From: Victivallales bacterium
Lineage (GTDB): Bacteria > Verrucomicrobiota > Lentisphaeria > Victivallales > UBA1829
NCBI GenBank assembly: GCA_045612485.1
Contig: JAZKZE010000067.1
Location: 1 to 61,886 of the forward strand
Length of the DNA stretch: 61,886 bases
Reading direction: 5' to 3'
Program-made: the position numbers and the translations under genes
In this document: positions 25,802 to 35,569 of the stretch, piece after piece
Layout of the letters: each line of letters starts with the position of its first letter
Position numbering within the stretch: the first letter of the stretch is position 1
Notes under the pieces: model-generated
The model's database searches: none
Told to the model about the DNA's origin: nothing
What the model saw: the letters and a program-made list of their open reading frames with translations, nothing else

Positions 25802-27162
25802 GTACAGAAGAAATGATACAGGAAAATGAAAATGTTTTTCCGGGAAATGTGAGGAATATTGAGGAAAGATCTTCTGAAAATGACGGGAATGTGCTGCCCG
25901 GGCTGGATGTTCCCGAACCGGAAGAAAAAACAGAAAACGGTGAAGAAAACTTCTCTCCGGAAGAGTCAGCCTCCGGTACAAGAAAAAAGATCCTGCTTGC
26001 CGGTATCGGCGGAAGCGGTGCAAAGATCGTCCGTGCTTTTACCGGACTGCCCTATACTGCCTGTGTGAAAACTGCTGTCATTGATACGGACAGGGAAGAT
26101 GTGGAGATGTGCGGAGGTTCTGTCAAAGTACAGGCGGAAGCGGAATGGACTGTAAAAAGCGGACTCGGCTGCGGCGGGGATGTGGTGAAAGGGGAAAGGG
26201 CCGTGGAACGGGAACGGCAGACTCTTACCCGGGTTTTTGCCGGATATGATTACATCATTGTTACCGGAGGACTTGGCGGCGGAACCGCCACCGGGGGAGT
26301 CAGGACTCTGGCAAGTGTGGCAAGACAGCTTTCCATTCCGGTGCTTTTTATGTTGAGTACCCCGTTTTCCTTTGAATCCTATACCCGCAGAAGAAATGCG
26401 GATGATGCCATACGGGAACTTCTTCAGGTCACCGATGCTCTCATCACCCTTCCCAACGATCTTCTGTTTTCCACCCTTCCGCCGGATGCAGGGGTGGAGG
26501 AATCTTTCCAGCTTGCGGCAGAATCCCTTGCAGTAAGTGTATTCGGTGTGGCGGAACTTCTTGCCAGTAAAAAGATCATAGGCGGGGATTTTGCCGATTT
26601 TGTGGCTCTTCTGCGGAAAAAACGTTCTTCCTGTGCTGTGGGCATCGGGGTGGCTTCCGGAAAGGATGGGCTTGACCGTTGCGGGATCGCATTGGAAAAT
26701 ATGCTGGATTCCCCCTTCCTCGGAGGGGTGAGCTGCCTGACGCAGGCTCATGCGGTGATTATGTGTATCACAGGGGGAAAGAATTTTACGGTCGCTGAAA
26801 TGAGACAGACTCTTGACCGGGCTTCCTCCCTTGTCCCGGGAACAGCGGATTTTACTGCCGGGATCACAGTGAATCCTGCCCTGGAGGATAAAGTGCTTTT
26901 AAGCTGTTTTGCTGTAAAGTATGATTCTGTTCCCCGGGTACAGGAACCGGTGTGGGGCGGTTCACCGTTGCCGGCAGTTTCCCGGAACACCGGAAATGAG
27001 ACCGGTAAAAAGGATATGGAGCAGGGGATGCTCAATTTGCAGAGTTTTTCCAGAGGGATCTTTGCTGATGCCCCTGTCAATAAATACAAAGATGAGGATC
27101 TGGATATTCCCACTTATCAGAGAAGAGGGATAAGTATCGACAAGGGAACTGTGGGAAAATAA
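25798..27162 (+). CDS. ftsZ: Cell division protein FtsZ (divergent)
   Basis: GIGGSG, DTD, GLGGGTATG, PFSFE, DFAD, C-terminal DLDIPTYQR. Confidence 0.85.
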   Translation: MSTEEMIQENENVFPGNVRNIEERSSENDGNVLPGLDVPEPEEKTENGEENFSPEESASGTRKKILLAGIGGSGAKIVRAFTGLPYTACVKTAVIDTDREDVEMCGGSVKVQAEAEWTVKSGLGCGGDVVKGERAVERERQTLTRVFAGYDYIIVTGGLGGGTATGGVRTLASVARQLSIPVLFMLSTPFSFESYTRRRNADDAIRELLQVTDALITLPNDLLFSTLPPDAGVEESFQLAAESLAVSVFGVAELLASKKIIGGDFADFVALLRKKRSSCAVGIGVASGKDGLDRCGIALENMLDSPFLGGVSCLTQAHAVIMCITGGKNFTVAEMRQTLDRASSLVPGTADFTAGITVNPALEDKVLLSCFAVKYDSVPRVQEPVWGGSPLPAVSRNTGNETGKKDMEQGMLNLQSFSRGIFADAPVNKYKDEDLDIPTYQRRGISIDKGTVGK

Positions 27163-27251
27163 GGAAAACTTTTATAAAAAACTTATTTCTGTCTTGAACT
27201 ATCTGCTGCCGCATGGTATGTTAATGCCGGAAATCCGGAAAGGAGGTCTAT

Positions 27252-28562
27252 ATGAACAGACGGGAATTTCTCAAAAACTGTTTGACACTGGGAGTATTGG
27301 GCAGTGTAAGCAGTATGTGTCCCGCTTTTGCAGGACTGGAAACAAAGAAGAGTAACCGTACTTCAGGGAAAGCAAAAAGTGTGATCGAACTCTGGATCTG
27401 GGGCGGTCCCAGTCAGCTGGAGGCATTCGATCCGAAACCTGATCTTCCGAAAGATTATAACGGCGGATTCGGGGATATTCCCACAAGTGTGGATGGGATC
27501 CGTATCAGTCAGTTTATGCCGGAACTTGCCCGTATTGCTCATAAGTATTCCATTATCCGCAGTATGACGCATCCCTATCCGGGCCATGAAACTGCCACCT
27601 ATCTTATGCAGACAGGGCGCAGTCCCGGCAAAGGGATCACCTATCCTGCCATCGGCGCACTTCTTGCCATGGCAAATGCAGGAAATGTAAAGTATAATCT
27701 TCCCCCTTATGTGGCTTTGACCGGCAACAAAGGAAGATTTTCCGAATGTGGTTTTCTGGGGGACAGGTATTCACCCTTTTCCACAGGCGGAAATCCCGGA
27801 AGTGAAAAGTTCCTTGTGGACAGTTACACTCCTGCCGGCGGTGCCGGAAAAAAAGAGATGCTGGAAAAATTCTCTCTTCTGGATACCGTGGATGCCTTAG
27901 GCGTACAGATTCCGCAGAATCCGGAATTTGACGCTTTCGACAAGGCGGGAAGCGGAGCAAAATCCATTCTGTTCGGGAAAGCGGCGGAAGTATTCGATCT
28001 CAGCAGGGAAACAAAGCAAATGCGGCAGAGATACGGAATGAACCGTTTCGGGCAGTCCTGTCTGTGCGCCAGAAGACTTGTGGAAGCAGGGGTTCCTTAT
28101 ATCACTATCAATGCTTCCGGCTGGGATACGCATAAAAAACACTTTGAGGCACTGAACAGGATCGCTCCTGAAATGGATAAAGCGGTCGCCGCCCTCATCA
28201 GTGATCTGGATGAAAGAGGATTGCTGGATCAGACGGTGGTCTGGTGGACGGGGGAATTCGGGCGTACTCCGAAAGTGGATTGGCAGAATCCCTGGCAGGG
28301 GGGACGCAATCACCATGCAAAATGTTTCTGTGCCATGGTGGCGGGCGGCGGTTTCGCCGGAGGAAGAGTTGTGGGGAAATCCAATGCTACAACAGACGGC
28401 GTGGCGGAGCGTCCGGTATCTCCTGTGGATCTTCTGGGAAGTATTTATGAGATGTGCGGTTTGAATCCGGACAGTAATTTCCCCTCCAATCCCATAGGGT
28501 TGAAAGCCCCCATTCTTCCTGACTCTGATCCGAAGACCCGTTTGAGGGAACTGTATCTGTAA
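27252..28562 (+). CDS. DUF1501 protein with Tat signal
   Basis: MNRREFLK; AKSVI..WGGPSQ...DPKP; CARRLVEAGV; GWDTH; GEFGRTP. Upstream promoter-like TTGAAC-N17-TATGTT at 27194-27222. Confidence 0.9.
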   Translation: MNRREFLKNCLTLGVLGSVSSMCPAFAGLETKKSNRTSGKAKSVIELWIWGGPSQLEAFDPKPDLPKDYNGGFGDIPTSVDGIRISQFMPELARIAHKYSIIRSMTHPYPGHETATYLMQTGRSPGKGITYPAIGALLAMANAGNVKYNLPPYVALTGNKGRFSECGFLGDRYSPFSTGGNPGSEKFLVDSYTPAGGAGKKEMLEKFSLLDTVDALGVQIPQNPEFDAFDKAGSGAKSILFGKAAEVFDLSRETKQMRQRYGMNRFGQSCLCARRLVEAGVPYITINASGWDTHKKHFEALNRIAPEMDKAVAALISDLDERGLLDQTVVWWTGEFGRTPKVDWQNPWQGGRNHHAKCFCAMVAGGGFAGGRVVGKSNATTDGVAERPVSPVDLLGSIYEMCGLNPDSNFPSNPIGLKAPILPDSDPKTRLRELYL

Positions 28563-28745
28563 AAAAGTTGTTGAAGTTTTTGATGGTTCATCCTGTACCG
28601 TTTTTTCCGGTGCAGGGTGAACTGTTTTGTTTTATTGTATTCTTTTACCGAAAAAAATATGTTCTTCCTATTGAAAAAGCACAAATCCGGGTAATATTAT
28701 TATATATAATAATATTTTTACGGTTTTTGAGAGGAGAATGAATAT

Positions 28746-29876
28746 ATGGCAAAGAGCAGAGTCCTTTTCCGGGTGGATCATTGTTTCACCCCCCATGTAA
28801 AGATCGAAGACGCCGGTATTCTCTGTGAAAATGACAGGATCATTGCCATAGGGGGAGCTTCCGCCTTCTCTTTTTCCGATGAACGGCTTCAGGTCGTTGA
28901 ATTGAAAAATGTGTACGCCATGCCCGGATTTATTGATTGTCATGTCCATGCGGATTATCTTTTCAGTGAAACGACCTCTTCCACTCCCATGCTTGCAGAG
29001 GAAGAGGTCAGACGTATGCAGGGACTTTGCAAATACCTTGCCTCCCACGGTGTGACTGCCTTTGTTCCGGCATTGCGGACTGTGGAAAAAGAGAAATTCA
29101 TCCGCAATACAGCCCATCTTTCAGAAATGATCCGTAAAGATTTCGGGGGGGCGGTCCCGGTGGGGATCCATCTGGACGGTCCTTTCATCAATCCGGAGAT
29201 ATTGCATCATCACCCTGCCGAATATGTTTCAGAGATCGATATGGGGTATCTGAAAGAACTTGTGGAAGCCGGCTGCGGCAGGATCAAACTGCTCTCTTTT
29301 GCCCCGGAACTTAAAAATTCCGACCTTCTTATCGAGTATCTTCTGGAAAACGGTATCATCCCCTCCATCGGGTACTCTCTGGCAGATGAAGAACAGACTG
29401 TGAGGGCCATTGAGCAGGGGGCAAGGAGAGCAACCGATCTTTTCAACGCCATTCCCGCTTTCAATTACAGACAGTCAAATATTACAGATACCCTTCTTAC
29501 CGATGACCGGGTCACTGTGGAGATCATTGCGGATGGTTCTGTACTCTCCCGCCGTGCCATCGACCTTACCATGCGGGTGAAACCGCAGAAAAATGTGGTT
29601 GCCATAAGTGATACTTACTGCAACGATCCCGCCCATCTGGATTTTCCGGCACTGGACAGCGGATGGCGTAATCTTAAAAATCATCATGCACTGCTTGAAA
29701 ACGATGCAGGAGCGTGTTTTACTTCCAATCCTGCTGAAAATATCGGACTTATGTTCCGCGGGGAATTAAGTCCCGGTAAGTATGCAGATATTGTGTTTTT
29801 CAATACTTCCGATGATACGGTACACTCTACCTTTGTTGCGGGAGTCAATGTATTTTCCTCCATGGAGCAGAAATGA
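28746..29876 (+). CDS. NagA-like amidohydrolase with a degenerate active site
   Basis: PGFIDCHVH, GIHLDGPF, FAPE, SIGYS, TDLFNA, NPA, G.L.PGKYADIV. Confidence 0.75.
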   Translation: MAKSRVLFRVDHCFTPHVKIEDAGILCENDRIIAIGGASAFSFSDERLQVVELKNVYAMPGFIDCHVHADYLFSETTSSTPMLAEEEVRRMQGLCKYLASHGVTAFVPALRTVEKEKFIRNTAHLSEMIRKDFGGAVPVGIHLDGPFINPEILHHHPAEYVSEIDMGYLKELVEAGCGRIKLLSFAPELKNSDLLIEYLLENGIIPSIGYSLADEEQTVRAIEQGARRATDLFNAIPAFNYRQSNITDTLLTDDRVTVEIIADGSVLSRRAIDLTMRVKPQKNVVAISDTYCNDPAHLDFPALDSGWRNLKNHHALLENDAGACFTSNPAENIGLMFRGELSPGKYADIVFFNTSDDTVHSTFVAGVNVFSSMEQK

Positions 29877-30919
29877 AAAAAATTTATTCCGATAAACCCT
29901 TCCGCCGGGGAAGAGACAGTAACGACTTTTCCCGTTTCCAGCATAAAAATAAAAATGTCCCTGCAAAAGAATCCTTCAATGAATCGTTTGCCGAAAGACA
30001 GGAAAAGATCCGTTTTGCGGAAAATACCGGAAAGACTTATGAAGGCAAATATCTTCTTCTGGATTCCGGAAACGGCAGAAAACTGGAAATGGTGGGATCT
30101 CTCCGGCTGATAAGACCTGCCCTCAATGCCTTCTGGAAACCAACTCTCCCTGAAAGCGAATGGAACAAAGCAGATGCGGAATTCCGCAGGGAACCGGGAA
30201 CCGGCGGCGGGATCTGGACATGGAAAGTACCCCAGCCCGGGCCGGAGGAATGGTCAACATTGTGGGGGGGGGTTTTGCTTGCGGTCAAGCCCACCAATTT
30301 CGGGCATGTGGGATTTTTTGCGGAACAGGCTCCCAACTGGGAATTTATGCGGGAATGTGTGAAAGAGATCGGCGGACACCCGAAAACATTGAACCTGTTT
30401 GCCTATTCCGGCGGAGCAACCATTGCCATGGCACAGGCGGGGGCGGACGCGGTACATCTGGATGCCTCCAACGGGATCATCGAGTGGGCAAAAAAGAATC
30501 AGAGTAAGAATCCCGCCAGCAAAGACCGGATCCGCTGGATCTGTGATGATGCCATGAAATTTGTGGCAAGAGAGGAAAGAAGAGGATCAAAATACAGCGG
30601 GATCGTTCTTGACCCGCCTTCTTTCGGAAGAGGTTCCCACGGGCAGGTATGGAAGATTGAAGAAAGTATCGGGGATATTCTCCAGTCCTGCCGGAAGATC
30701 CTGGATCTTGAACACAGCTGTTTTCTTGTGCTTTCCTGTCATTCCCAGGGATTTTCCCCCACATCGCTGGGCAGGATCCTTGCAGCGGAGTTCCCGGAAG
30801 CCGCCTCCTGTATCGAATACGGGGAAATGACTGTGCCGGAATCGGATCTGAAAGGCGTGAAAAAAGCCAATAAAGAGCTGCCTGCCGGGATGTTTGCCCG
30901 TTTCTTCCTGAAAAAATAA
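29873..30919 (+). CDS. Class I SAM-dependent methyltransferase (RlmI/RlmK C-terminal-like)
   Basis: LLDSGNGRKLE, GHVGFFAEQ, LNLFAYSGG, LDPPSFGRG. Confidence 0.85.
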   Translation: MKKIYSDKPFRRGRDSNDFSRFQHKNKNVPAKESFNESFAERQEKIRFAENTGKTYEGKYLLLDSGNGRKLEMVGSLRLIRPALNAFWKPTLPESEWNKADAEFRREPGTGGGIWTWKVPQPGPEEWSTLWGGVLLAVKPTNFGHVGFFAEQAPNWEFMRECVKEIGGHPKTLNLFAYSGGATIAMAQAGADAVHLDASNGIIEWAKKNQSKNPASKDRIRWICDDAMKFVAREERRGSKYSGIVLDPPSFGRGSHGQVWKIEESIGDILQSCRKILDLEHSCFLVLSCHSQGFSPTSLGRILAAEFPEAASCIEYGEMTVPESDLKGVKKANKELPAGMFARFFLKK

Positions 30920-30952
30920 TTTTTATCCATACCAACCAATGAGGAATCAAAG

Positions 30953-33900
30953 ATGAAACACCTCCCGCAGACGGAATTATTGTTTAAAGAATCTGTTGAC
31001 CGTATTCTTGTTCTTGACGGAGCTATGGGAACCATGTTCCGTACCCAGGATCTGCGTCCTGAAGATTTTAAAAAAGGACCTTTTGCCGATGTGACAAAAG
31101 ATCTTTCTTCTGTAAAAGATATTCTCAATCTTACCAAACCCTCTGCCCCCGCCGCCATTCATGATGCGTACCTTGAGGCAGGATCGGATATTATTGAGAC
31201 CAATACATTCAATGCCAACAGTATCGCTCTTGCCGAGTTCGGATTAAGCCGGTTTGCCTACGATATAAACAAAGCAGGCGCCCAGATCGCCCGTGCCTGT
31301 GCCAATAAATACGCGGCAAAGGATAAAAGACCCCGTTTTGTGGCAGGAAGTATGGGACCTACCGGAAGAACCGCCTCTCTCTCCCCTGATCCGGATGATC
31401 CTGCGGCAAGAAATATTTCCTTTGATGAATTGAGAGAAGCCTACTATTTTGCCGCCTTGGGATTGATCGACGGCGGAGTGGATATGCTTCTTATTGAAAC
31501 GGTATTTGATACGCTGAATGCCAAAGCGGCTGTTATGGGAGCTTCCCAGGCTGCCCGTGTACGGAATCTCCGGGTTCCCGTCATGCTTTCCGGAACAGTT
31601 TCCGATGCTTCCGGCAGAATGTTGGCAGGGCAGAGTGCCAATGCGTTCCTTCAGTCTCTCTCCCATACGCCTGACCTTTTTTCCATAGGGTTCAACTGTG
31701 CATTGGGGGCGGAAGAGATGAAACCCCATATCCGGGAGCTGTCGGAGCGTACCGAGGTTTGTGTAAGTGCTTATCCCAATGCGGGATTGCCGGATGCGGA
31801 GGGAAATTATACCCAGACTCCGCAGATCATGGCGGAAAAGATCCATTCCTTTGCAGAGGAAAATATCGTGGATATCGTCGGCGGATGCTGTGGAACGAGT
31901 CCCGCCCATATCAAAGCCATTGCGGAAGCGGTAAAAGGAATGCCTTCCAGAAAATACCATGAAGTGAAAAAATATTTCCGCCTTTCCGGATTGGATGCTC
32001 TGGAACTTACGGAAAAAGATACCTTTACCGATATCGGGGAGCGTACCAATGTGGCGGGAAGCAAAAAATTCCTCAACATCATTAAAGAAGGTAAGTATGA
32101 GGAAGGTTTGCAGATCATCCGCAGTCAGATCGCCAAAGGCGCAAAGATCATCGACGTAAATATGGATGACTCCCTTCTTGATGCGGAAAAAGAGATGACA
32201 AAATTCCTCCGTCTTGCCATGAGTGAGCCGGATATCGCCAAAGTTCCCTTTATGATAGATTCTTCCCGCTGGGAAGTCATTGAGGCAGGCTTGAAATGTG
32301 TACAGGGGAAATGTGTGGTAAACTCTCTTTCTCTGAAGGAAGGGGAGGAGGAGTTTCTCAAAAAAGCCGCCCTCGTGCGTGCCTACGGAGCTGCCCTTCT
32401 GGTTCTTGCCTGTGACGAAAAAGGACAGGCGGATACAGTGGAAAGAAGAGTGGAAGTCTGTAAAAGAGCATATAAGTTACTGACGGAAGAAGTGGATTTC
32501 CCTGCGGAAGATATTATTTTCGACCCCAATGTGTTTGCGGTGGGTACAGGATTGGAAGAACATGCCAATTATGCGAAAGATTTTATTGAGGCAGTGCGTC
32601 AGATCCGGGAAGAAATGCCGTTATGCAGTATCAGCGGCGGGATAAGCAATGTTTCTTTTGCTTTCCGGGGAAATAATGCTGTGCGTGAAGCCATCCACAG
32701 TGTATTTCTGCACCATGCCATCAAAAACGGGCTGAATATGGGGATTGTGAATCCCGCAGGACTTATTCCCTATGAAAAATTGCCGGAAGATTTGCGGGAT
32801 GCCGCAGAAGCTGTGGTTCTGAACCTTTCGGAAGATGCGCCGGAAAAATTGATTGAGATCGGGGCAAAATATAAGAAAGAACCGGGAGCAAAAAGTGCGT
32901 CTTCCGGTAAGAAAGAGGAAAGAAGCAAACTTCCCCTGGAAGAGAGGATCGCAGAGTTTCTGGCAAAAGGTCAGGATGAGTTTGTGCAGAGTGATATGGA
33001 AGAAGCACTGGCAAAATATGCCGATCCTGTGGATATCATTGAAGGACCTCTCATGGATGGGATGAAAAAAATAGGTGTACTTTTCGGCGAAGGAAAGATG
33101 TTTCTGCCCCAGGTCATCAAAAGTGCCCGTGTGATGAAAAAGGCGGTAAGCGTCCTTATGCCCGCCATTGAGGCAAAAAAGAGTACCGGAAATACAGTCA
33201 GTGCCGGAAAGATCATTATTGCCACTGTCAATGGGGATGTGCATGATATTGGAAAGAATATTGCCGGACTTGTTCTGCAATGCAATAATTATGAGGTTAT
33301 CGACCTTGGGGTGATGTGTCCCTGTGAAAGTATCGTGGATGCCGCAGAAAAGGAAAAAGCGGATATGGTGATCCTTTCCGGGCTTATTTTCCCCTCTCTG
33401 GAAGAGATGTGCAATGTGGCAAAAGAGATGGAAAAACGTTCCATGACCATTCCCCTTCTTGTGGCGGGAGCGGCAACAAGCAAGGCACATACAGCACTGA
33501 AAATAGCTCCTCTCTATTCCGGAGTCGTGGCACATGTTCTGGATGCCTCCCAGGATGCGGTCTTTGCCGGACTTCTCATCAATGAAGGGGAGGCAAAAGA
33601 TAAATTTATCAAAGAATTGAAAGACGAGTATGCTGCGATCCGTGCCGCCCACGGGGAGAAAGAGGAAAGTATGCCCCTTCTTATGAGTCTGGAAGAGGCA
33701 CGGAAAGGAAAATTACTGCCCGGATATGAGAATAGTCCTGTTCCGGCATTAAGCGGGATCTTTGAGTTTACGCCGGATGTGGAGGAACTTCTGGAATTTG
33801 TAAAATGGGAAGATCTTGCCTCCATGTGGAAAGTAAAGGGCGGGGAAGCTGAAAAAGATCTGATTGCTGACGCAAAAAATCTTGCGGAAAAGATCGGGAA

Positions 33901-34543
33901 AAAGATCTTCTGTAAAGGGGTTGCCGGAATATTTCCTGCATACAGTAAAAATGATGATATTTATATTCTTTCTCCTGCCGGGGAAAAACGCTTCCCCATG
34001 TTGAGAAATCAGAAGAATTCCCATTCTCTTGCTGATTATATCGCTCCGGAAGGGGCGGGAAAGAAAAACGGGAAAGATCATATTGGAGTCTTTGCCCTTT
34101 CCTGCGGGTTTGGTGTACCGGAAATTGTAAAGGAATTTGAAGAAAAAGGGGATTCCTATTCTGCATTGCTTACCGCGTGTTTTGCAGATGTGCTTGCGGA
34201 AGCATTTGCAGAATATCTGCATAAAAAGGTACGGGAACAGTTGTGGGGATGGGGTTCTTCTTACGAGGGGATCCGGCCTGCTCCGGGGTATCCTGCCTGT
34301 CCGGATCACACATTGAAAAAGGATATTTTCCAGCTTCTTGAGGTGGAAAAACGTCTGGGGATCACTTTGACCTCTTCTTACATGATGACTCCGGAAGCCT
34401 CAGTCTGCGGTTTTTACTTTGCCCATCCGGATGCAAAATGTATGGCAGTGGGTGTATTGGGAGAAGATCAGAAGAAAGATTATTCCTCCCGCCGCGGCAT
34501 GAAAGAAGAGGAGCTTCTGCCCTTTATCGCCTTTGCCCGGTAA
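30953..34543 (+). CDS. metH: Cobalamin-dependent methionine synthase
   Basis: LDGAMGT, GGCCGT, IGERTNVAGS, GDVHDIGKN B12 motif, GIRPAPGYPACPDH reactivation domain. Confidence 0.97.
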   Translation: MKHLPQTELLFKESVDRILVLDGAMGTMFRTQDLRPEDFKKGPFADVTKDLSSVKDILNLTKPSAPAAIHDAYLEAGSDIIETNTFNANSIALAEFGLSRFAYDINKAGAQIARACANKYAAKDKRPRFVAGSMGPTGRTASLSPDPDDPAARNISFDELREAYYFAALGLIDGGVDMLLIETVFDTLNAKAAVMGASQAARVRNLRVPVMLSGTVSDASGRMLAGQSANAFLQSLSHTPDLFSIGFNCALGAEEMKPHIRELSERTEVCVSAYPNAGLPDAEGNYTQTPQIMAEKIHSFAEENIVDIVGGCCGTSPAHIKAIAEAVKGMPSRKYHEVKKYFRLSGLDALELTEKDTFTDIGERTNVAGSKKFLNIIKEGKYEEGLQIIRSQIAKGAKIIDVNMDDSLLDAEKEMTKFLRLAMSEPDIAKVPFMIDSSRWEVIEAGLKCVQGKCVVNSLSLKEGEEEFLKKAALVRAYGAALLVLACDEKGQADTVERRVEVCKRAYKLLTEEVDFPAEDIIFDPNVFAVGTGLEEHANYAKDFIEAVRQIREEMPLCSISGGISNVSFAFRGNNAVREAIHSVFLHHAIKNGLNMGIVNPAGLIPYEKLPEDLRDAAEAVVLNLSEDAPEKLIEIGAKYKKEPGAKSASSGKKEERSKLPLEERIAEFLAKGQDEFVQSDMEEALAKYADPVDIIEGPLMDGMKKIGVLFGEGKMFLPQVIKSARVMKKAVSVLMPAIEAKKSTGNTVSAGKIIIATVNGDVHDIGKNIAGLVLQCNNYEVIDLGVMCPCESIVDAAEKEKADMVILSGLIFPSLEEMCNVAKEMEKRSMTIPLLVAGAATSKAHTALKIAPLYSGVVAHVLDASQDAVFAGLLINEGEAKDKFIKELKDEYAAIRAAHGEKEESMPLLMSLEEARKGKLLPGYENSPVPALSGIFEFTPDVEELLEFVKWEDLASMWKVKGGEAEKDLIADAKNLAEKIGKKIFCKGVAGIFPAYSKNDDIYILSPAGEKRFPMLRNQKNSHSLADYIAPEGAGKKNGKDHIGVFALSCGFGVPEIVKEFEEKGDSYSALLTACFADVLAEAFAEYLHKKVREQLWGWGSSYEGIRPAPGYPACPDHTLKKDIFQLLEVEKRLGITLTSSYMMTPEASVCGFYFAHPDAKCMAVGVLGEDQKKDYSSRRGMKEEELLPFIAFAR

Positions 34544-34546
34544 CTT

Positions 34547-34606
34547 GGATGGGTACGGAGTACGGATGTGTACGGATGTGTACGGATGTGTACGGATAGG
34601 TACGGC
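34547..34606 (+). repeat. 10-bp tandem repeat: three perfect TACGGATGTG units plus degenerate units
   Basis: Read directly. Confidence 0.9.
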
Positions 34607-34615
34607 GTTTATTCA

Positions 34616-35481
34616 GCCCTGAAAGGGCAGAGGCTCTGAAAGAGCCGTAGGAACAAAGCCCGGCGGGTAGGGCCCTGTAAGGGACCGTACCCCCGGGAGA
34701 GGATGCCGAAAAGAATTCAAGCTCTGAAAGAGCGGCAGAAAGGAGAAATGTATGTCACAATCATTATCAGCAGTTTATATACATATCATATTTTCCACAA
34801 AAGAACGTACTGCCCTCATTGATGAAAATATCCGTCCCCGCTTGTGGCAGTACCTTGGCGGGATATGCAACTCTCTTGATTCATCTGTTTTGGCGGTAGG
34901 GGGGACTTGTAATCATGTGCATATATGCTGCAGATTGCCCGGTAATATTCTGTTGCCGAACTTTATTGGCAAATTGAAGGCGGAATCTTCCAAATGGATC
35001 AAAACTCTTTCTCCCCGTTATGAAAATTTTTTCTGGCAGACCGGTTATGGCGTATTTTCTGTAAATCCCGGAGAGTGTGATAAGGTAGTCGAATACATAA
35101 ATAATCAGGCGTTGCACCATGAGAAACGGAATTTTTGTGATGAATTGCGTCTGTTTTTGAAAAAATATAATATCGCTTATGATGAAAAATATCTGTGGAA
35201 ATAATATATGGCTGTGGTTCTGCCGCTCTTTCAGAGCTTGCTTTTCTTCGGGTGTAGCTATACCCGGGGATACGGGGGACTTACAGCCCCCTATCCGCCG
35301 GGCTTTGTTCCAACGTCTCTTTCAGAGCCTCTGCCCCTTACAGGGTCAGGAAAGGAAAAAATCGTTTCCGGAAATCATGGTATATATTCTGTTGAACTTG
35401 CATCGTTTAAATTTTCAACAGCCCCCTATCCGCCGGGCTTTGTTCCAACGTCTCTTTCAGAGCCTCTGCCCCTTACAGGGT
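34616..35481. mobile_element. IS200/RAYT-like element: Y1 transposase between ~125 bp imperfect inverted palindromic repeats (34616-34740 / 35218-35345), plus an extra 64-bp copy (35418-35481)
   Basis: Hairpin units GCCCTGAAAGGGC, GCTCTGAAAGAGC, CCCTGTAAGGG; the right element is an imperfect reverse complement of the left; 35283-35346 is identical to 35418-35481. Confidence 0.85.
34752..35204 (+). CDS. tnpA: IS200/IS605-family HUH Y1 transposase (no TnpB)
   Basis: HIIFSTK.R, HVH (HUH motif), WQTGYGVFSV, YINNQ..HH. Confidence 0.93.
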   Translation: MSQSLSAVYIHIIFSTKERTALIDENIRPRLWQYLGGICNSLDSSVLAVGGTCNHVHICCRLPGNILLPNFIGKLKAESSKWIKTLSPRYENFFWQTGYGVFSVNPGECDKVVEYINNQALHHEKRNFCDELRLFLKKYNIAYDEKYLWK

Positions 35482-35569
35482 AATACCGTTTTTAATCCTG
35501 AAAGGGCAATTTTTGCTGCTGCGTTCGGTGAAATATACTTTATAACAAAATAATATACAAGGTACATAT

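Noticed and set aside
34547-34606. Tandem repeat as a CRISPR array
   Set aside because: 10-bp units with no spacers and no cas genes.
35179-35553. Short ORFs with duplicated peptides (35179-35553, 35208-35483)
   Set aside because: Translations of the palindromic repeat and its 64-bp duplicate.
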